DNA of 64,000 bases from Candidatus Aenigmatarchaeota archaeon. GTDB lineage: Archaea; Aenigmatarchaeota; Aenigmatarchaeia; QMZP01. The notes under the pieces were generated by a model. That model worked only from the letters and a program-made list of their open reading frames with translations. It made no database searches and was not told the DNA's origin. Below are positions 60,969 through 64,000 of this stretch, piece by piece. Position 1 is the stretch's first letter, and the number at the start of each line of letters is the position of its first letter. A program made the position numbers and the translations under genes. Where the stretch lies: NCBI GenBank assembly GCA_038999435.1, contig JAVZYR010000001.1, positions 12,708 through 76,707 on the forward strand, written 5' to 3'.

Positions 60969-62864
60969 ATGAAGATTCTCTTTATACATGCTGATGGGAT
61001 AAAATGGGAATTGAAGAAAAAGGCAATAAAACAGGCAGAAGATGTTTCCAAAACAGAAAAGGCAAAGAATGTAAAAGATTGCCTTGTTTCTTTTATTGCA
61101 GTTGAGGCAGCTGATGAAAGACAACCAAAGGGTGTTTCGCAGAAGGCTGTAAATGAGATTTTAGATGTGTGCAAACAGGTAAAGGCAAAAACAGTTGTGG
61201 TATATCCTTATGCCCATCTCTCTTCAAATCTCGCAACCCCAACCCATGCCTTAAATATTTTAAAAGAGATTGAAACGCAACTCAAAGACAAAAAAGTAAA
61301 AGTATACAGGGCACCTTTTGGATGGTATAAGGGCTTTGAATTAAAATGCAAAGGTCATCCTTTATCAGAGTTGAGCAGGGAATTTGGACCTGCTGAGGTT
61401 GAAGCACTTGTGTCTGAATCACTAAAACAGGAAGAGAAGGTTAAATCAGAATGGTATATTTTAGAACCAAATGGAAAGCTTAATCCCATACAATTGATAG
61501 ATAAAAAGACAGGAAAGATAGAAGGTTTTGATTTTAGCAAATTTCAGAATCTTGAAAAATTCGCTGCATATGAGATGGCAAAATCCAGAATTGTCACACA
61601 GGAACCACCTCACATCAAACTGATGAAAAAATTAGAGATAGCTGACTACGAACCGGGCTCTGACCCAGGCAACATGCGCTGGTATCCAAAAGGCCGTTTG
61701 ATAAAATCCTTGCTTGAAGAATGGGTGACCCAAAAGGTGAAAAAATACGGCGCAATGGAGATTGAAAGCCCTGTGATGTACGATTTTGAACACCCTGCGC
61801 TGAAGGACTATCTGAACAGATTTCCTGCCCGTCAATACATCGTTGAATCAGCAAAGAAGAAATTTTTCTTGCGGTTTTCTGCATGCTTTGGCCAGTTTTT
61901 GATGAATGCAAGTATGAATCTCTCATATCGCCATCTTCCATTAAAGATGTATGAGCTAACAAGATATTCATTCAGATTAGAGAAGGCAGGTGAGCTGACA
62001 GGCTTGAGGAGGCTTCGTGCATTCACAATGCCTGATATGCATACAATATGTACAGACCTTGAGCAAGCAAAGGAGGAATATATAAATCAATTTCAGCTTT
62101 GCATGGAATGCCTTGCTGACTTGGGCTTTTCAGATGGTAGCTATGAAACGGCGATAAGATTTACAAAGGATTTCTGGAGTAAAAACAGAGATTTTGTGCT
62201 AAAATTGGTCAAGCTGCTAAAAAGGCCAGTGCTGATTGAGATGTGGAATTTCAGATATGCATATTTTGACCCAAAATTTGAGTTCAATTTTGTTGATGCG
62301 CTTGATAAGGCTTCTGCCCTCTCAACTGTGCAAATAGATCATGAAAATGCGCAAAGATATGGTGTGAAATATACTGATGCAGATGGCAAGGAGAGATTTC
62401 CAACAATTCTTCATTGTAGCCCATCTGGTGGTCTTGAAAGATGCATATATGCAATGCTTGAGAAGGCATGGAAAACAAACCCAGAAAGGGCTACATTACC
62501 ATTTTGGCTTTCACCTGTACAGATAAGGATATGTCCTGTAAATGACAAATTTGTCAAATTTGCCGAAGAGCTTGCAGAGAGATTTGAAAAAGATAGATTG
62601 AGGGTTGATATAGATGATAGAGCAGAAACCGTTGAGAAAAAAATACGGGATGCAGAGATGGAATGGATACCATTGATAATCGTTGTTGGCGAAAAAGAAA
62701 AAAAGAGCGGAAAGTTGGCTGTAAGATTTAGGGAAACAGGTAAGGTTGAACAGATGGAAGTTGATGATGTTTTAAAATGGGCAAAATCAAAAATCGAAGG
62801 CAAACCATTTAAAACTTTATCTCTACCTAAAATGCTTACAAAACGTCCGATATTTTTTGGATAA
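60969..62864 (+). CDS. thrS: Threonyl-tRNA synthetase, archaeal type with N-terminal editing domain.
   Basis: Archaeal ThrRS N-terminus MKILFIHADGIKWELKKKA; class II core; C-terminal anticodon-binding domain. Confidence 0.9.
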   Translation: MKILFIHADGIKWELKKKAIKQAEDVSKTEKAKNVKDCLVSFIAVEAADERQPKGVSQKAVNEILDVCKQVKAKTVVVYPYAHLSSNLATPTHALNILKEIETQLKDKKVKVYRAPFGWYKGFELKCKGHPLSELSREFGPAEVEALVSESLKQEEKVKSEWYILEPNGKLNPIQLIDKKTGKIEGFDFSKFQNLEKFAAYEMAKSRIVTQEPPHIKLMKKLEIADYEPGSDPGNMRWYPKGRLIKSLLEEWVTQKVKKYGAMEIESPVMYDFEHPALKDYLNRFPARQYIVESAKKKFFLRFSACFGQFLMNASMNLSYRHLPLKMYELTRYSFRLEKAGELTGLRRLRAFTMPDMHTICTDLEQAKEEYINQFQLCMECLADLGFSDGSYETAIRFTKDFWSKNRDFVLKLVKLLKRPVLIEMWNFRYAYFDPKFEFNFVDALDKASALSTVQIDHENAQRYGVKYTDADGKERFPTILHCSPSGGLERCIYAMLEKAWKTNPERATLPFWLSPVQIRICPVNDKFVKFAEELAERFEKDRLRVDIDDRAETVEKKIRDAEMEWIPLIIVVGEKEKKSGKLAVRFRETGKVEQMEVDDVLKWAKSKIEGKPFKTLSLPKMLTKRPIFFG

Positions 62865-62913
62865 ATATTTTAGCACTTTTTCTTCTTTTTCTTTTGCATA
62901 TCATCACCTCTGC

Positions 62914-64000
62914 TTATCTTTCTAATATGAAGACTTTTTTATGTCTCTCTTCAGGTATCTTTGCAAGTAGCATACTCTGCCTCTCGGCAATGCCCATTAC
63001 ATTGAGTTCTTCGGTTAGCTTAAGGGACCTTTCTAACTTATAGTTCTTCTCAGCATAGATTTCAAACAGCACATCACCTTCTTTCACATCATCACCAAGC
63101 TTTTTTCTCAAAATTATACCTGCACCCTTATCAGCAGGGGCACCTGCCTCTCTTGCTATGGTTGCAATTGCATGATTATTTATCCACAGAACCCTCCCTT
63201 TAGCAACAGATTTTATTTTTGCGCACTTGTCACCGATCGGTATTTCGTCAGGTTTTATCTTAGAATCACCACCTTGTGCTTCTATTATTTCTCTTAGCTT
63301 TTTTTCTGCTTTACCAGACTTTATTATTTGTCTCACTTTTTCTCTCGCATTTCTTATACCTTTGAATTCTAATAAAGCAGAAGCAATTTCTGTTACTTTA
63401 TCGATAAGGTCGAATGGTTGTTTTCCGATATTCATCAATGTTTCAAGTGCCTCTCTTGCTTCAAGGGCAGGTCCTATACAATATCCAAGAGGTTGCTCTC
63501 CAAAGGTTGAGATGCATTTCGTGTTTATATCAAGACGTTTTCCAAGTTCTATGAATTGGCCTGCAAGCTCGTTTGCTTCGCCAATGGTTTTTATTTTTGC
63601 GCCCCTTCCTGTTGGGATGTCAATCACAAGATATTTTGCTTGTACAGCCTTTTTTTTCGACATCACAGATGGCAAAAGTAAAGGGTCTATTGCAAGAGGA
63701 TATTCTATCTGTATCAGTATATCATCAGCAGGTGCAAGCTCAACAGCACCACCCCATACAAGGCAACCATTTGTATGCTCAACAACCCGTTTTATCTCTT
63801 CCATTTCAAGTTCAACCGGTGCCAAGCATTCCATTCTATCTGCAGTACCTGCTGCAGATGTGATTGAACGGGATGATGTTTTAGGGATAATAAGGCCTGC
63901 TGATGCAATGATTGGAACTAACAATATTGATGTTTTGTCCCCAGGCACACCCCCGATGCTATGCTTGTCAAAAACAGGACCTGTTTTAAGCTTCAATACC
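62914..64000 (-). CDS. AMP phosphorylase / thymidine phosphorylase family (partial; N-terminus beyond window end).
   Basis: DKHSIGGVPGDKTSIL phosphate-binding motif; frame stays open to position 64000. Confidence 0.8.
   Translation of the reverse strand, partial: VLKLKTGPVFDKHSIGGVPGDKTSILLVPIIASAGLIIPKTSSRSITSAAGTADRMECLAPVELEMEEIKRVVEHTNGCLVWGGAVELAPADDILIQIEYPLAIDPLLLPSVMSKKKAVQAKYLVIDIPTGRGAKIKTIGEANELAGQFIELGKRLDINTKCISTFGEQPLGYCIGPALEAREALETLMNIGKQPFDLIDKVTEIASALLEFKGIRNAREKVRQIIKSGKAEKKLREIIEAQGGDSKIKPDEIPIGDKCAKIKSVAKGRVLWINNHAIATIAREAGAPADKGAGIILRKKLGDDVKEGDVLFEIYAEKNYKLERSLKLTEELNVMGIAERQSMLLAKIPEERHKKVFILER

Noticed and set aside
1-64000. CRISPR arrays, IS elements, integrases
   Set aside because: No regularly spaced direct repeats, transposase or integrase motifs, or terminal inverted repeats were seen on either strand.

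Overview
This is a low-GC archaeal chromosomal window, probably from a small-genome (DPANN-like) lineage. The evidence is an archaeal histone, an MC1 chromatin protein, topoisomerase VI A/B, GatD/GatE, MCM, Cdc48, an archaeal-type ThrRS, an RNAP D subunit with an Fe-S domain, and GGAGGT Shine-Dalgarno sites before many starts. Most of the window is housekeeping and is densely packed, with many 4-nt start/stop overlaps. A large ribosomal-protein supercluster (about 20.0-32.4 kb) is heavily rearranged relative to canonical archaeal order: S13 is fused to the L22..S8 block, S4-S11 follow S19, and L3 and RpoD are displaced. Other housekeeping genes are topo VI B/A plus topo IA, EF-1alpha, GluRS, IMPDH, an Lhr-type helicase, an NFACT/Rqc2 homolog, and a MacB-like ABC transporter. 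Two tRNAs (Ser-GGA and Gln-CTG) each carry two insertions at non-canonical positions (D-loop, T-arm, anticodon loop). Accessory content worth attention: (i) a three-gene module at 6.6-9.5 kb with a small beta-domain protein, a trypsin-fold protease carrying the same N-domain, and a HerA/FtsK-type ATPase; (ii) a cell-surface cluster at 9.5-14.5 kb with a giant Asn-rich beta-helix protein whose C-terminal module recurs in three downstream small secreted proteins; (iii) a TadC/FlaJ-like platform protein and a class III (prepilin) signal peptidase at 43.8-47.3 kb with no secretion ATPase nearby; (iv) two Cys-rich secreted proteins at the left edge, one of them a partial ORF that the ORF track missed. 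All function calls are from motif recognition by eye; no database search was run.
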